64,000 bases of DNA from a virus. A program made the translations under genes and the position numbers. The notes under the pieces were generated by a model. The model ran no database searches and was not told the origin of the DNA. It saw only the letters and a list, made by a program, of their open reading frames with translations. The stretch covers positions 1 to 64,000 of IMG/VR virus record IMGVR_UViG_3300012954_000010, one strand, 5' to 3'. This document shows positions 47,734-55,566 of the stretch, in pieces. Each line of letters starts with the position of its first letter. Position 1 is the stretch's first letter.

Positions 47734-47807
47734 AGTGTTAATTAGTGGACTTACAGTCTGGGCTCGCCAGTAAAGATGTAGGCGCCGCAGTCCATGCCAC
47801 TATGTGA

Positions 47808-48071
47808 TCACAACTCCCACATCATTTCATTCATTTCATCTGCATCAATCGCGGGGTCATTCCACTTAACGCCGTCACCTGTCTCACCCAACATGCGACC
47901 GATCTGTCCATCCATCATGCAACGGACGAAGCAGTCCCATGGGGTCTCCAGTGTCTGGCGATAGGTCACACATGCCTTAGCGGTGTTGTAGAGAAACTCA
48001 TCGTTGCCGATCCAGAGGGAAGCGTTCCAAGTTTCGTAGTTTGCCCAACCGTTGTAGGTAGTGTCGCTCAT
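47808..48071 (-). CDS. Early hypothetical protein (YNGW.NYETW motif)
   Basis: Start ATG 48071 follows SD AAGGA and an early promoter. Confidence 0.75.
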   Translation of the reverse strand: MSDTTYNGWANYETWNASLWIGNDEFLYNTAKACVTYRQTLETPWDCFVRCMMDGQIGRMLGETGDGVKWNDPAIDADEMNEMMWEL

Positions 48072-48093
48072 GATGTCCTTTGTTGTGTATGTA

Positions 48094-48330
48094 CTAATTA
48101 TAGGCGGGCATACAGGAAGTGCCACCACGCATGTGGCAGTTTACCCACTGTCCCAATGACCTGTCCCCTGCGATCATCAATGCTAAGATGTCACGCTTGC
48201 GAGTCTTGAAGGTGTACTCTGCCGAAGGGGTCTTAAACCAGCGCACTCTACAGGTGCCCGTGAAGGGGTTGACTCTCAGCGTCCACACGCTGCGGGAGAT
48301 GCTGGGAGAGGTGCAGGAAATGTCAATCAT
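48094..48330 (-). CDS. Early hypothetical protein
   Basis: 78-aa ORF in the tandem array. Confidence 0.55.
   Translation of the reverse strand: MIDISCTSPSISRSVWTLRVNPFTGTCRVRWFKTPSAEYTFKTRKRDILALMIAGDRSLGQWVNCHMRGGTSCMPAYN
48097..48153 (-). promoter_or_regulatory. Early promoter: TATAAT plus palindromic upstream element
   Basis: -10 at 48097-48102; element GGACAGT-GGGTA-AACTGCCAC at 48133-48153. Confidence 0.75.
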
Positions 48331-48457
48331 AAATGGGGGCGAACAGTTGGTAGTAGAAGTCGTCGAAAATTTTGAACTGGTAGGAGGTCTCTGTTAGTGC
48401 GTCATCCTGTCCAGCGTTCCAGCAGTCTAGCACTGCGTCGTAAGTTTTTTCTGTCAT
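48323..48457 (-). CDS. Early hypothetical protein (44 aa)
   Basis: Hand-translated MTEKTYDAVLDCWNAGQDD...; fills the gap between neighbours. Confidence 0.5.
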   Translation of the reverse strand: MTEKTYDAVLDCWNAGQDDALTETSYQFKIFDDFYYQLFAPIYD

Positions 48458-48465
48458 GGCGGGCA

Positions 48466-48669
48466 TCAGTGGCGGTCGCTGATGTTCCAATATCCCCAGT
48501 TGTCATATCGGGGGGCGGGTTCCAGACCCTGACGCACACGCTCGCGGTATGCTGTCTCTGCTGCCATTTGCTTTCTGATGCTGTCCATCGCTGCTTGCAT
48601 GATGGGTGAAGGGTTCTCATTGTGAAGGAAGAGACCGTCTTCTGATTTGATGAGTTTGGTTTTGTTCAT
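48466..48669 (-). CDS. Early hypothetical protein, probably leaderless
   Basis: TATAAT-6nt-ATG; upstream element at 48713-48733. Confidence 0.7.
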   Translation of the reverse strand: MNKTKLIKSEDGLFLHNENPSPIMQAAMDSIRKQMAAETAYRERVRQGLEPAPRYDNWGYWNISDRH

Positions 48670-48694
48670 GTCTTTATTATAGGGGGCGCTGCCC

Positions 48695-48925
48695 CTAATT
48701 GGTGACAGGGTAGACCACTTCGTCAGGTGTCACACGAACCCACTTCATTGCTGCCTGTGTGCCTATCTTCCAGATCATGGCGTCTTCACCCAGTTCAGCG
48801 GCGAGACGGTAGGCGGCGTTCATGTTGGTGGCATACTCGCAACCGTGCCCGTCCAACTTTGCCCACGATGCAGGTTGCACAGCGAAGAGGCGCTGTCCCT
48901 CGGTTGGTCGTTTGATTTCGTTCAT
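48695..48925 (-). CDS. Early hypothetical protein
   Basis: 76 aa; ATGA-coupled to the HicA-like ORF. Confidence 0.65.
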   Translation of the reverse strand: MNEIKRPTEGQRLFAVQPASWAKLDGHGCEYATNMNAAYRLAAELGEDAMIWKIGTQAAMKWVRVTPDEVVYPVTN

Positions 48926-49095
48926 GCTGCTTTGTTTAATTGTTTTGCTATGTTGGACGCCACGAACGGGCGGGGTCGATATGGTATGGTTATTTGCTTA
49001 CCCGAAGGGTGGCGAAAAACCATGTGCTTTGATCCGTTACGGTGCAGGACCCAGCCCCGCACCTTTGCAAGTTTGACCAATTGCTTTGGCGTCAT
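48922..49095 (-). CDS. hicA: HicA-like toxin / mRNA interferase (57 aa)
   Basis: Hand-translated MTPKQLVKLAKVRGWVLHRNGSKHMVFRHPSGKQITIPY...; matches L...GW...R.GS.H..F.HP.G..ITIP. Confidence 0.7.
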   Translation of the reverse strand: MTPKQLVKLAKVRGWVLHRNGSKHMVFRHPSGKQITIPYRPRPFVASNIAKQLNKAA

Positions 49096-49096
49096 G

Positions 49097-49402
49097 TCAG
49101 ACGAAGGCGGTTTCCGTTTGCAGTTCAGAGATTAGCACTGCTTCCTGACGGAAGGCGCGTTTGTAATCATTCGCAACATCTACGAACAGAGGCATCATCT
49201 CAGCGACCTGAGACTCAGGCATCTCAATGTAGAAGATTTTGGTCTCCTCCATCTCACCTTTCCAAAAACCGACGCCATCGATGAAAGTACCGAATTCAAA
49301 CCGTGGCATGATGCTAGTACGGATGAACTCGTTCATCATTCCGTCGCTGACTTTGCCACTGTCGGGGATGTTGCGTCCCATTGTGATTTCGAGTCTGATC
49401 AT
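49097..49402 (-). CDS. DUF3574-like protein
   Basis: GRNIP..G.VS....FI...IMPRF..GT..DG.G.WKG..E.TK...YKRAFRQEAV; start follows SD AAGGA. Confidence 0.7.
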   Translation of the reverse strand: MIRLEITMGRNIPDSGKVSDGMMNEFIRTSIMPRFEFGTFIDGVGFWKGEMEETKIFYIEMPESQVAEMMPLFVDVANDYKRAFRQEAVLISELQTETAFV

Positions 49403-49427
49403 GCTGTCCTTTGTTGTGTATACAGTT

Positions 49428-49484
49428 ATTATAGAGGATGGGGCAGACCTTGCTACCCCTACTGTGCCACTACCACAACTGGTC
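49428..49484 (-). promoter_or_regulatory. Early promoter with upstream element
   Basis: GACCAGTT-GTGGT-AGTGGCAC, about 30 nt upstream of TATAAT. Confidence 0.8.
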
Positions 49485-49628
49485 TTCAAACCGTTGACGG
49501 GCGATCCATTCGCAGTGTTCAATGAGGGCGGCGTCTGTCATAGTGTCCGCTATGCCCGATTGCTTCATTGATGCCATTTCCTCGTCATAGAATTCTAATA
49601 GCATGTCTTCATGATGGGGACTACTCAT
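49470..49628 (-). CDS. Early acidic hypothetical protein
   Basis: MSSPHHEDMLLEFYDE...ARQRFEDQLW. Confidence 0.55.
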   Translation of the reverse strand: MSSPHHEDMLLEFYDEEMASMKQSGIADTMTDAALIEHCEWIARQRFEDQLW

Positions 49629-49815
49629 ATTCACCCCCGTGAAATGCTTCATGTGCATCTAGGACGAAATCAATAATTTCATCTGTAGCACTGCAACTGA
49701 ATCTATCACAGAACCAGTCGAGGGTCATTTCTGCTGACCACATTGTGTCTAGCATGAATGCTTGAAGTTCAAGCAGGTTGTCATCGTTGATGACTGCGTT
49801 GATGTTTTGTCTCAT
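49621..49815 (-). CDS. Early hypothetical protein, probably leaderless
   Basis: TATAAT-AAGCAC-ATG. Confidence 0.65.
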   Translation of the reverse strand: MRQNINAVINDDNLLELQAFMLDTMWSAEMTLDWFCDRFSCSATDEIIDFVLDAHEAFHGGEYE

Positions 49816-49821
49816 GTGCTT

Positions 49822-49878
49822 ATTATAGGGCAAGGGGTCAGCAGTTCAACCCAGGCTGTGCCACTACGGGAACTGGTC
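49822..49878 (-). promoter_or_regulatory. Early promoter with upstream element
   Basis: GACCAGTT-CCCGT-AGTGGCAC; TTGAAC-16-TATAAT. Confidence 0.8.
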
Positions 49879-50086
49879 CGTATATGTGGTTCATTAGGTC
49901 CCGCACTCTCTCGCGGTCTATACTGTCACCGTCACCCCAGTCCCAGTGATCCATTGCATCATTACACCTGTCGAGGTACATTAACAATGCATAGGAAATT
50001 TGTTCCTTAGTTCTGTTCTGTGCATACATGCCACCCTGACCATAATAAGAGTAGACATAGTTGATGAATTCGTTGAAGTCTTTCAT
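49838..50086 (-). CDS. Early hypothetical protein
   Basis: FINYVYSYYG.GG.Y...GDSIDRERVRD. Confidence 0.7.
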   Translation of the reverse strand: MKDFNEFINYVYSYYGQGGMYAQNRTKEQISYALLMYLDRCNDAMDHWDWGDGDSIDRERVRDLMNHIYGPVPVVAQPGLNC

Positions 50087-50091
50087 GTTAA

Positions 50092-50274
50092 TTAAGCAAA
50101 TAGTGGACGCATGTACTCTTTAAATTCCTCGCGCTTAGCATCAGCAAGGACCTTTAACTCTGTTTCAGAGAGATGCTTATATCTGAAATCTGCTTTCATC
50201 TCATCATAACATGCCTGACTTATTCCTTTGTCAGTGATGTCATATTCATGAAGTTGAATGTGCTTAAAGAACAT
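50092..50274 (-). CDS. Early hypothetical protein
   Basis: 60 aa; downstream of the element promoter at 50299-50355. Confidence 0.6.
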   Translation of the reverse strand: MFFKHIQLHEYDITDKGISQACYDEMKADFRYKHLSETELKVLADAKREEFKEYMRPLFA

Positions 50275-50343
50275 AATAAAAAAATCCTGTACATCTATAC
50301 AATAGACGATCAGGATTTAAATGCAACACATAGTGTGCCACTT

Positions 50344-50454
50344 TTAAGATTGGACGGTGTAGTCAATTTCTACATTGCTTTGTGTGCTATCATCAAAAAA
50401 GAGTTCATTGTCATCCTGTAGAAGTGATTCAGCAATCATTTCTTCATTAGTCAT
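50344..50454 (-). CDS. Small acidic peptide (36 aa)
   Basis: MTNEEMIAESLLQDDNELFFDD...; SD GGAG and TTGACA-18-TATAAT (50483-50512). Confidence 0.5.
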   Translation of the reverse strand: MTNEEMIAESLLQDDNELFFDDSTQSNVEIDYTVQS

Positions 50455-50592
50455 AATACTCTCCCTAGAAAATACACTACTAATTATAATGCTTAAGCAC
50501 CTTTTTTGTCAATATAAAAATAAACCACGGCAAAAGATGATCGTTCGTCGATGTCGGAACGTACTTCATTATTGTGGGGGTAAGGGTATATT

Positions 50593-50619
50593 AAAAAGGG
50601 GGAGCAACGCGGCTCCCCC
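50593..50619 (-). terminator. Intrinsic terminator
   Basis: GGGGGAGC...GCTCCCCC followed by TTTTT. Confidence 0.85.
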
Positions 50620-50629
50620 ATATATTATA

Positions 50630-50953
50630 TCATGCTGCTCTGAATTCGTAACCGTTGATGAACTGGTATTGCTTACCGCCATCCATCACATACCACACAA
50701 AATCTTTCTGAAATACGCCATCAGTGAAAGCGTTACAGAATTGGTTGATGATTGCATTAAGTCTAGACTTAGTGGTGTTGGATTGCCATCCACCATCAAA
50801 GATCTTAACGAAGTCATCACCAAGGGTAGCGATGTGGTTGCCGTGCAAATGTACATAGGTCATGCCGTTGCAGTTGGTGACTTCTGTGTTACCAGATCTC
50901 CAATCCTTGCAGTTGGCGATGGCGCTGTTCATTTGCTGTTCAATCTTACGCAT
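50630..50953 (-). CDS. Early conserved hypothetical protein
   Basis: MRKIEQQMN..I...W..GNT.V...LHGN.IA...DGGWQS.TTKSRLNA; element promoter at 50981-51037. Confidence 0.75.
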   Translation of the reverse strand: MRKIEQQMNSAIANCKDWRSGNTEVTNCNGMTYVHLHGNHIATLGDDFVKIFDGGWQSNTTKSRLNAIINQFCNAFTDGVFQKDFVWYVMDGGKQYQFINGYEFRAA

Positions 50954-51024
50954 GAGAGTCGGTGTTGTGTTGACTCTTTTAATATGACACAAAAAATCGA
51001 GGTGTGCAACCACTAGTGGACAGT

Positions 51025-51183
51025 TCAATAACTGTCATAGTATTCATCGACCTCGCGTTTGAATTTGTTAACCTTCTTTTTGGATTGCCGCCGAATGTTT
51101 TTCACTTCATAACCGAAGTCTTCAAAATCATCCTGCAATTCTTTATACTTACTGGACTCGTACTTACCGTGTCTCTTACCCAT
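51025..51183 (-). CDS. Small charged protein (52 aa)
   Basis: MGKRHGKYESSKYKELQDDFEDFGYEVKNIRR...; CTAAATA late motif at 51222-51228. Confidence 0.55.
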   Translation of the reverse strand: MGKRHGKYESSKYKELQDDFEDFGYEVKNIRRQSKKKVNKFKREVDEYYDSY

Positions 51184-51220
51184 GGTCTAGTTTGTATTAC
51201 TCTACTGCCGAAAGTGATAA

Positions 51221-51460
51221 TTATTTAGTTTCAGTTAGATATCCATCTTTAATCTGGGCATGTAAGAATTTACCCATAGATCCATTGTCTCTGAACAACA
51301 CTTTCAGGATCTCTTCTTGTAGTTGTTCGACGAATAGTTCAGTATTTTTAGCAATAAATGAGTATTCTTTACTATTATTGCTATTATACACAATTTTGAC
51401 AGTATTATCAACGATTTCAACTGATTTTACAGCTGAACTGTTGAATTTATCGTAAATCAT
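51221..51460 (-). CDS. Hypothetical protein (KTSC-like pattern)
   Basis: NSSAVKSV...IVY......EYSF...SMGKF. Confidence 0.55.
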   Translation of the reverse strand: MIYDKFNSSAVKSVEIVDNTVKIVYNSNNSKEYSFIAKNTELFVEQLQEEILKVLFRDNGSMGKFLHAQIKDGYLTETK

Positions 51461-51597
51461 GACGCTTTTGTCTTAAATACGCAAGTGGTTAAATGTTAAA
51501 AAATGAAAAAACTCAAAAATCTTAAAATTTAACTTTTTAAGAATTCTGAAAAACTCAAAAAACGCAAAAAGTGAGATTTCTGTATTTCCATGAATTC

Positions 51598-51656
51598 ATT
51601 ATAATGGCATTCTGAGGATTTTGGAGGTTTGGGTGTGCCACTTTGAGGACTGGCAC
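51598..51656 (-). promoter_or_regulatory. Early promoter with a near-perfect palindromic element
   Basis: GTGCCAGT-CCTCAA-AGTGGCAC; TATAAT at 51598-51603. Confidence 0.8.
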
Positions 51657-51795
51657 ATTCTCGGTTGACTTTCGATAGGTCGCGTGCTAAGCCAGCATCT
51701 CCAGAGTACCTTTACAGTATCTTCACAGTATCTACACAGCGTACATGGTATATTTTTTTATATATTTCTAATATATTTGGTATCACCATGTACAA

Positions 51796-52029
51796 TCACT
51801 TAAATCCCTTACTATCACTGGCGCGGACAGGAGGCAAATCATTAACAATTACATGTGACAGGTGCTTAGTCTTTGACCAACCGAACCAGTATGATCTCAT
51901 CTGTTCATAGTCATCAAATGTAAGTGTTTTTTTGTTCTTAAACACTACTGTGTAAGTGTGTCTATCATACAATCCATCACTTGTTTGAGTGTAGTATTGT
52001 GGATCAGAGGGTTGGATCAATTGTGTCAT
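51796..52029 (-). CDS. Hypothetical protein
   Basis: YDRHTY.VV......FDDYE.MR..W...KGF. Confidence 0.7.
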   Translation of the reverse strand: MTQLIQPSDPQYYTQTSDGLYDRHTYTVVFKNKKTLTFDDYEQMRSYWFGWSKTKHLSHVIVNDLPPVRASDSKGFK

Positions 52030-52243
52030 CGTATTTGGATGCTCGTTTACCTTTGTATACTAGATCATCATAGTCACGAGGGAAACAACAAACTAGTATG
52101 TGATCTTTCTTATGTTGTGATAGACCATCGAGTCTAGGTTTAGTTCCTATCTCTATTGTGACATACTCATCACATGAGAAATAGACCCATCCTTCTAACT
52201 CTTTCCATACAACATAGTCATTTACTTGCGGTTTGTATGTCAT
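52004..52243 (-). CDS. Hypothetical protein
   Basis: YKPQVNDYVVW...EGWVYF....Y.TIE; ATGA coupling gives start 52243. Confidence 0.7.
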   Translation of the reverse strand: MTYKPQVNDYVVWKELEGWVYFSCDEYVTIEIGTKPRLDGLSQHKKDHILVCCFPRDYDDLVYKGKRASKYDDTIDPTL

Positions 52244-52386
52244 GGGTGTAATGACTTCCATACTGCTTCAATGTGCATGTTACCTTTAATGTATCCACTT
52301 ACTATGATAGTAATAGTGAATAAGAATACTGCTACTAGTGATAGTACGAGTGGTACTGTTGGGTTAGCATTAGTATTGTTCGCCAT
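52240..52386 (-). CDS. Small single-TM membrane protein (48 aa)
   Basis: Hand-translated MANNTNANPTVPLVLSLVAVFLFTITIIVSGYIKGNMHIEAVWKSLHP. Confidence 0.55.
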   Translation of the reverse strand: MANNTNANPTVPLVLSLVAVFLFTITIIVSGYIKGNMHIEAVWKSLHP

Positions 52387-52534
52387 CTTTTGCTTTAGCG
52401 GCGCTGTGTACTGTTTCGACTACTGTGTATATCATTTCAGTAGTGGGCGACATGTTGGTGGTCACAATGATCAGACCAGCAACAGCGATGATGGCAGATG
52501 TCCACCAATAGTGCTTTGTGATCAGGGTCGTCAT
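52370..52534 (-). CDS. Small membrane protein
   Basis: WWTSAIIAVAGLIIV; TGG-TATAAT promoter upstream. Confidence 0.5.
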   Translation of the reverse strand: MTTLITKHYWWTSAIIAVAGLIIVTTNMSPTTEMIYTVVETVHSAAKAKDGEQY

Positions 52535-52572
52535 GATGTAGTGTCGTATAGGTATATTATACCATAGATGGG

Positions 52573-53040
52573 TCAACTGTGTCGAACATATCGTTGAATC
52601 CTGACTCCACCAGTCAGTGGGTCAGTCAATGGTACACTGGTGTGACACATCAATTTGTAGTCTCGTGGTTTAAGGTTGGATCGTTCGATCTGGTCAACAG
52701 CATGGTCAAAACACATGAACCATGATAGATTGAATTTGTCTGTTCGTGGTTCGAGACGCCATGGCATACTCCTCACTGGAAATAGATCTGTGTCTTTGCA
52801 TCGAGTATGCTTAACACCACGATCTTTTGTTTTAGAACCACTTACCTTTCGTTTTGAGGAAGTCTTTTGTTGTGTGGCGAGTGATTTCAGGTTCTTGTCC
52901 AGACTTTGTTGTGTCTTGGATGATGATACTGTCGCCTTCGACTTTCCACTCGACTTCTGTACCCGCTTGCCACTGGAGTTCTTGGAGGATGTAGTGCGGG
53001 ATCGTGATGTAGAGGTCTTTCGTGTCGTCATACTGTTCAA
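52573..53040 (-). CDS. Hypothetical protein (true start probably internal)
   Basis: C-terminal FP..MPWRLE...WF.C..H part looks coding; the N-terminal part shadows the AbrB-like gene. Confidence 0.45.
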   Translation of the reverse strand: MNSMTTRKTSTSRSRTTSSKNSSGKRVQKSSGKSKATVSSSKTQQSLDKNLKSLATQQKTSSKRKVSGSKTKDRGVKHTRCKDTDLFPVRSMPWRLEPRTDKFNLSWFMCFDHAVDQIERSNLKPRDYKLMCHTSVPLTDPLTGGVRIQRYVRHS

Positions 53041-53056
53041 TCTTGAATGTATCCAT
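52832..53056 (-). CDS. AbrB/MazE/SpoVT-like DNA-binding protein
   Basis: DLYITIP..ILQELQW..GTEVEW.VEGDSIII swapped-hairpin pattern. Confidence 0.65.
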   Translation of the reverse strand: MDTFKIEQYDDTKDLYITIPHYILQELQWQAGTEVEWKVEGDSIIIQDTTKSGQEPEITRHTTKDFLKTKGKWF

Positions 53057-53723
53057 TCTCAGTTAACCATTTGCGAGTGAGTGGTGTCGGTTCATATTCT
53101 GTCCACATGGACCCACGAGCACATGCCTGGAGTGCTTTCATAGTCATGTCCTCTGTACGACCTGCCCATTGTGCTTCCGCTTCCCATGGTACAGCAGATG
53201 CGGGATAGGTGCGCTCTGCCATGACACGCCAGATCATAGGGACATCTTCCTCTGGTTTGATAATAGCAATTAAACTATTATCAATGGTGCCTGCCATACA
53301 GTCCTGAGCAGCGTGCCATCCTTCATGTCGCATCAATTGCATCAATACATGTGGTTCATTCATGTATCTCTTATTGAGATATACATTGTTACTCACAGTA
53401 TGATACACACCACGATGCATGATGGGAAAGTATCGTGAGTCAGCAAGATATACTTTGATGCCAATCTGATTCATTGTCATCAACATATTGTTGAACTCAT
53501 TGGCATGACGAGTGAATCGTTCTGGGTTATCATACTGTGAACTAATGTCCAACAGTGAGAACACTTCATCTACATCCTTCTTGCATTCTCGTACAAGCAT
53601 ACAACCCATTGAGTCCATGCTATTGTATCCTTGGGTGATTTTATCCTCACCTGCATTGACACTGGTAGTACCTAGTAGTAGTGCTGCTGCGATTGTGTTA
53701 AACAGTCTGATCCGATGTGCCAT
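53037..53723 (-). CDS. HExxH zincin-like protein with N-terminal signal/TM segment
   Basis: LMRHEGWHAAQDC...WEAEA; N-terminus IAAALLLGTTSVNA. Confidence 0.65.
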   Translation of the reverse strand: MAHRIRLFNTIAAALLLGTTSVNAGEDKITQGYNSMDSMGCMLVRECKKDVDEVFSLLDISSQYDNPERFTRHANEFNNMLMTMNQIGIKVYLADSRYFPIMHRGVYHTVSNNVYLNKRYMNEPHVLMQLMRHEGWHAAQDCMAGTIDNSLIAIIKPEEDVPMIWRVMAERTYPASAVPWEAEAQWAGRTEDMTMKALQACARGSMWTEYEPTPLTRKWLTENGYIQD

Positions 53724-53797
53724 AGTGATAAGTATAATTCAAGAATGCATTGATGTTTGGTTTAACTCCGAGTGACAAGCAGCACTCATACCATGAG

Positions 53798-53965
53798 TCA
53801 AAGTCCGTCTGGAGTGTCTTGCTCAGAGCAATTTGGACATAGTTTTTTGATGGTGTTGATGTCATGTAGGATTTTCTCTGCGAGTGCTTTGTCACCATCG
53901 GCATACGCTTTCATGTAATTAAGTACAAGAGAGCGTAGTTGCTCCTTAAGTTGTGAGTTCGTCAT
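53798..53965 (-). CDS. Hypothetical protein (55 aa)
   Basis: Hand-translated MTNSQLKEQLRSLVLNYMKAYADGDK... Confidence 0.45.
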   Translation of the reverse strand: MTNSQLKEQLRSLVLNYMKAYADGDKALAEKILHDINTIKKLCPNCSEQDTPDGL

Positions 53966-54170
53966 ACAGTGCTACGAGTTCGTCACTATTGTAAAAGTGA
54001 GTTTGCTCGTTTATATAGTTGTTGGGGTCCAACCACTCAAACCACTCATCAGCAAAACAAATAGCATCATCAGTGCGATTGTCAGCGATCAGTTCACGAA
54101 ACCGTTCTACTACCCACTCACAGATAGCATCACGGTTCTCAGAGATTTGCAGAGCGAATTCGTTGTTCAT
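53946..54170 (-). CDS. Hypothetical protein
   Basis: 74 aa, ATGA-coupled. Confidence 0.65.
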   Translation of the reverse strand: MNNEFALQISENRDAICEWVVERFRELIADNRTDDAICFADEWFEWLDPNNYINEQTHFYNSDELVALYDELTT

Positions 54171-54460
54171 TGCTTGTTAAGAGTGAGTTGGTTGTTCAGG
54201 TGGTCGTAGGAGACAAACTCTGTCCCTCGGGGCAGAGACTCAATGATAGCACGAGTGAACTCAAGAGTAAAGCGTGACTGGTATTTCCAGAACAAACGAT
54301 ACAATTTGTTATGTGGTTCAACAATGGTGTCCACTCGCACAGTATACTCACCACGAGTGTATCGTGCTGGGAATGGCATCAGCAGTTCTTTGACATGACT
54401 GACAACAACAGGAGAGCAGCGTTGCTGCTTGTTGACTTGATTACCTAAACGCAAACTCAT
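54167..54460 (-). CDS. Hypothetical protein
   Basis: 97 aa, ATGA-coupled. Confidence 0.65.
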   Translation of the reverse strand: MSLRLGNQVNKQQRCSPVVVSHVKELLMPFPARYTRGEYTVRVDTIVEPHNKLYRLFWKYQSRFTLEFTRAIIESLPRGTEFVSYDHLNNQLTLNKQ

Positions 54461-54699
54461 TTTACAAATACCTCTTTGTTGAATTCTTTAGTAAGATCTA
54501 CTGTCTGTTTGAGTAGATTGCAGATATGAATCACATAGTCTGCTTCATTGTCATCCATGCCACGCTCAAAGTCGAAGTCATAGGATGCGTCCCAATCGGG
54601 TGTGCCATCCATCTTAACAGGTGCTCCGTACATATATCCATCTTCTTCCATCGCATATGCGTTGCCGTCAGCAACAATGTAGAAATCTGGGGCGTTCAT
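54457..54699 (-). CDS. Hypothetical protein
   Basis: 80 aa, downstream of a near-consensus sigma70 promoter. Confidence 0.7.
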   Translation of the reverse strand: MNAPDFYIVADGNAYAMEEDGYMYGAPVKMDGTPDWDASYDFDFERGMDDNEADYVIHICNLLKQTVDLTKEFNKEVFVK

Positions 54700-54728
54700 G
54701 GTTGGTAAGTGTGAGTTGGTATGATAGT

Positions 54729-54757
54729 ATTTTATAAAAGAAATGAGCGTTTGTCAA
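54729..54757 (-). promoter_or_regulatory. sigma70-like promoter TTGACA-17-TAAAAT
   Basis: Near-consensus with optimal spacing. Confidence 0.8.
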
Positions 54758-55173
54758 CTCATGTAGAGATAACCTCCCGCCCAATCAGCAACTTCAAGAC
54801 AACGCTCGCGGGATTCTTCATTCAAAAGATTGTAGCGAACATATTTGGCAGGTCCTTTCCAACCTGCTGGTTTGTAGACATCACCAGTGTTACGATCGAT
54901 GAATGCATGTACAGACTGAGAACCACTAGAGTCCTTCATGATAAGTTTGTAATACTTACGACCTTTGTCAAGGTAGAAGTCATAATCAGCATTGCCTGCC
55001 TGGAGAGAATCGATCTGAGACTGGTGATAGTCAATGCTATGCTGTTGAGTAGCATTAGCAAGAGAACGCTTCTGACTACGGATGCTATACTCAATGAAGT
55101 CGGTAAGCAATGCCATGCACAGTTCGTGACTGTGTTGGGTAACTTGTGATTGTTGAGCAGTTGCGGTGGTCAT
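54754..55173 (-). CDS. Early conserved hypothetical protein
   Basis: GRKYYKL...SVHAFID..TGDVYKPA.WK.PAK.VRY; element promoter at 55201-55257. Confidence 0.75.
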   Translation of the reverse strand: MTTATAQQSQVTQHSHELCMALLTDFIEYSIRSQKRSLANATQQHSIDYHQSQIDSLQAGNADYDFYLDKGRKYYKLIMKDSSGSQSVHAFIDRNTGDVYKPAGWKGPAKYVRYNLLNEESRERCLEVADWAGGYLYMS

Positions 55174-55356
55174 GATGCGTTCTGTGTTGTGTATACAGTT
55201 ATTATAACGGTCAGTTGAGCAGTGCCAACACCTCAGGTGACAGTTCCTCAACTGTCCACTGGTCGCTCAGGTCAGGGATGTCATCATCCCAATCTACCTC
55301 AGCAGAATCAATCAGGTCAAGCAGTTTACGATCGAGCAGAACTTCAGCAACGGTAG

Positions 55357-55566
55357 TCATAGTAATTTGGAGAGACTAATGAACAGTAGAAAAGTGAGCA
55401 TGATTACCACATCATACGATTTAGTGCGTATGAAATATGGCAGGGAGACTAGATCTCCTATAAAGTGGAGTGCGACTCCACCAATTACGCTAACATGTAA
55501 CACAACAAAGTATGCTACAACTACACACGCACTGCCTGCAATGCGTAGATTGACATCATAAGTCAT
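55357..55566 (-). CDS. Small multi-pass membrane protein
   Basis: Three hydrophobic segments in 69 aa. Confidence 0.65.
   Translation of the reverse strand: MTYDVNLRIAGSACVVVAYFVVLHVSVIGGVALHFIGDLVSLPYFIRTKSYDVVIMLTFLLFISLSKLL

Noticed and set aside
52832-53056. AbrB/MazE-like gene as the antitoxin of the HicA-like ORF
   Set aside because: It lies 3.7 kb away in a different transcription unit and is not a HicB-type fold.
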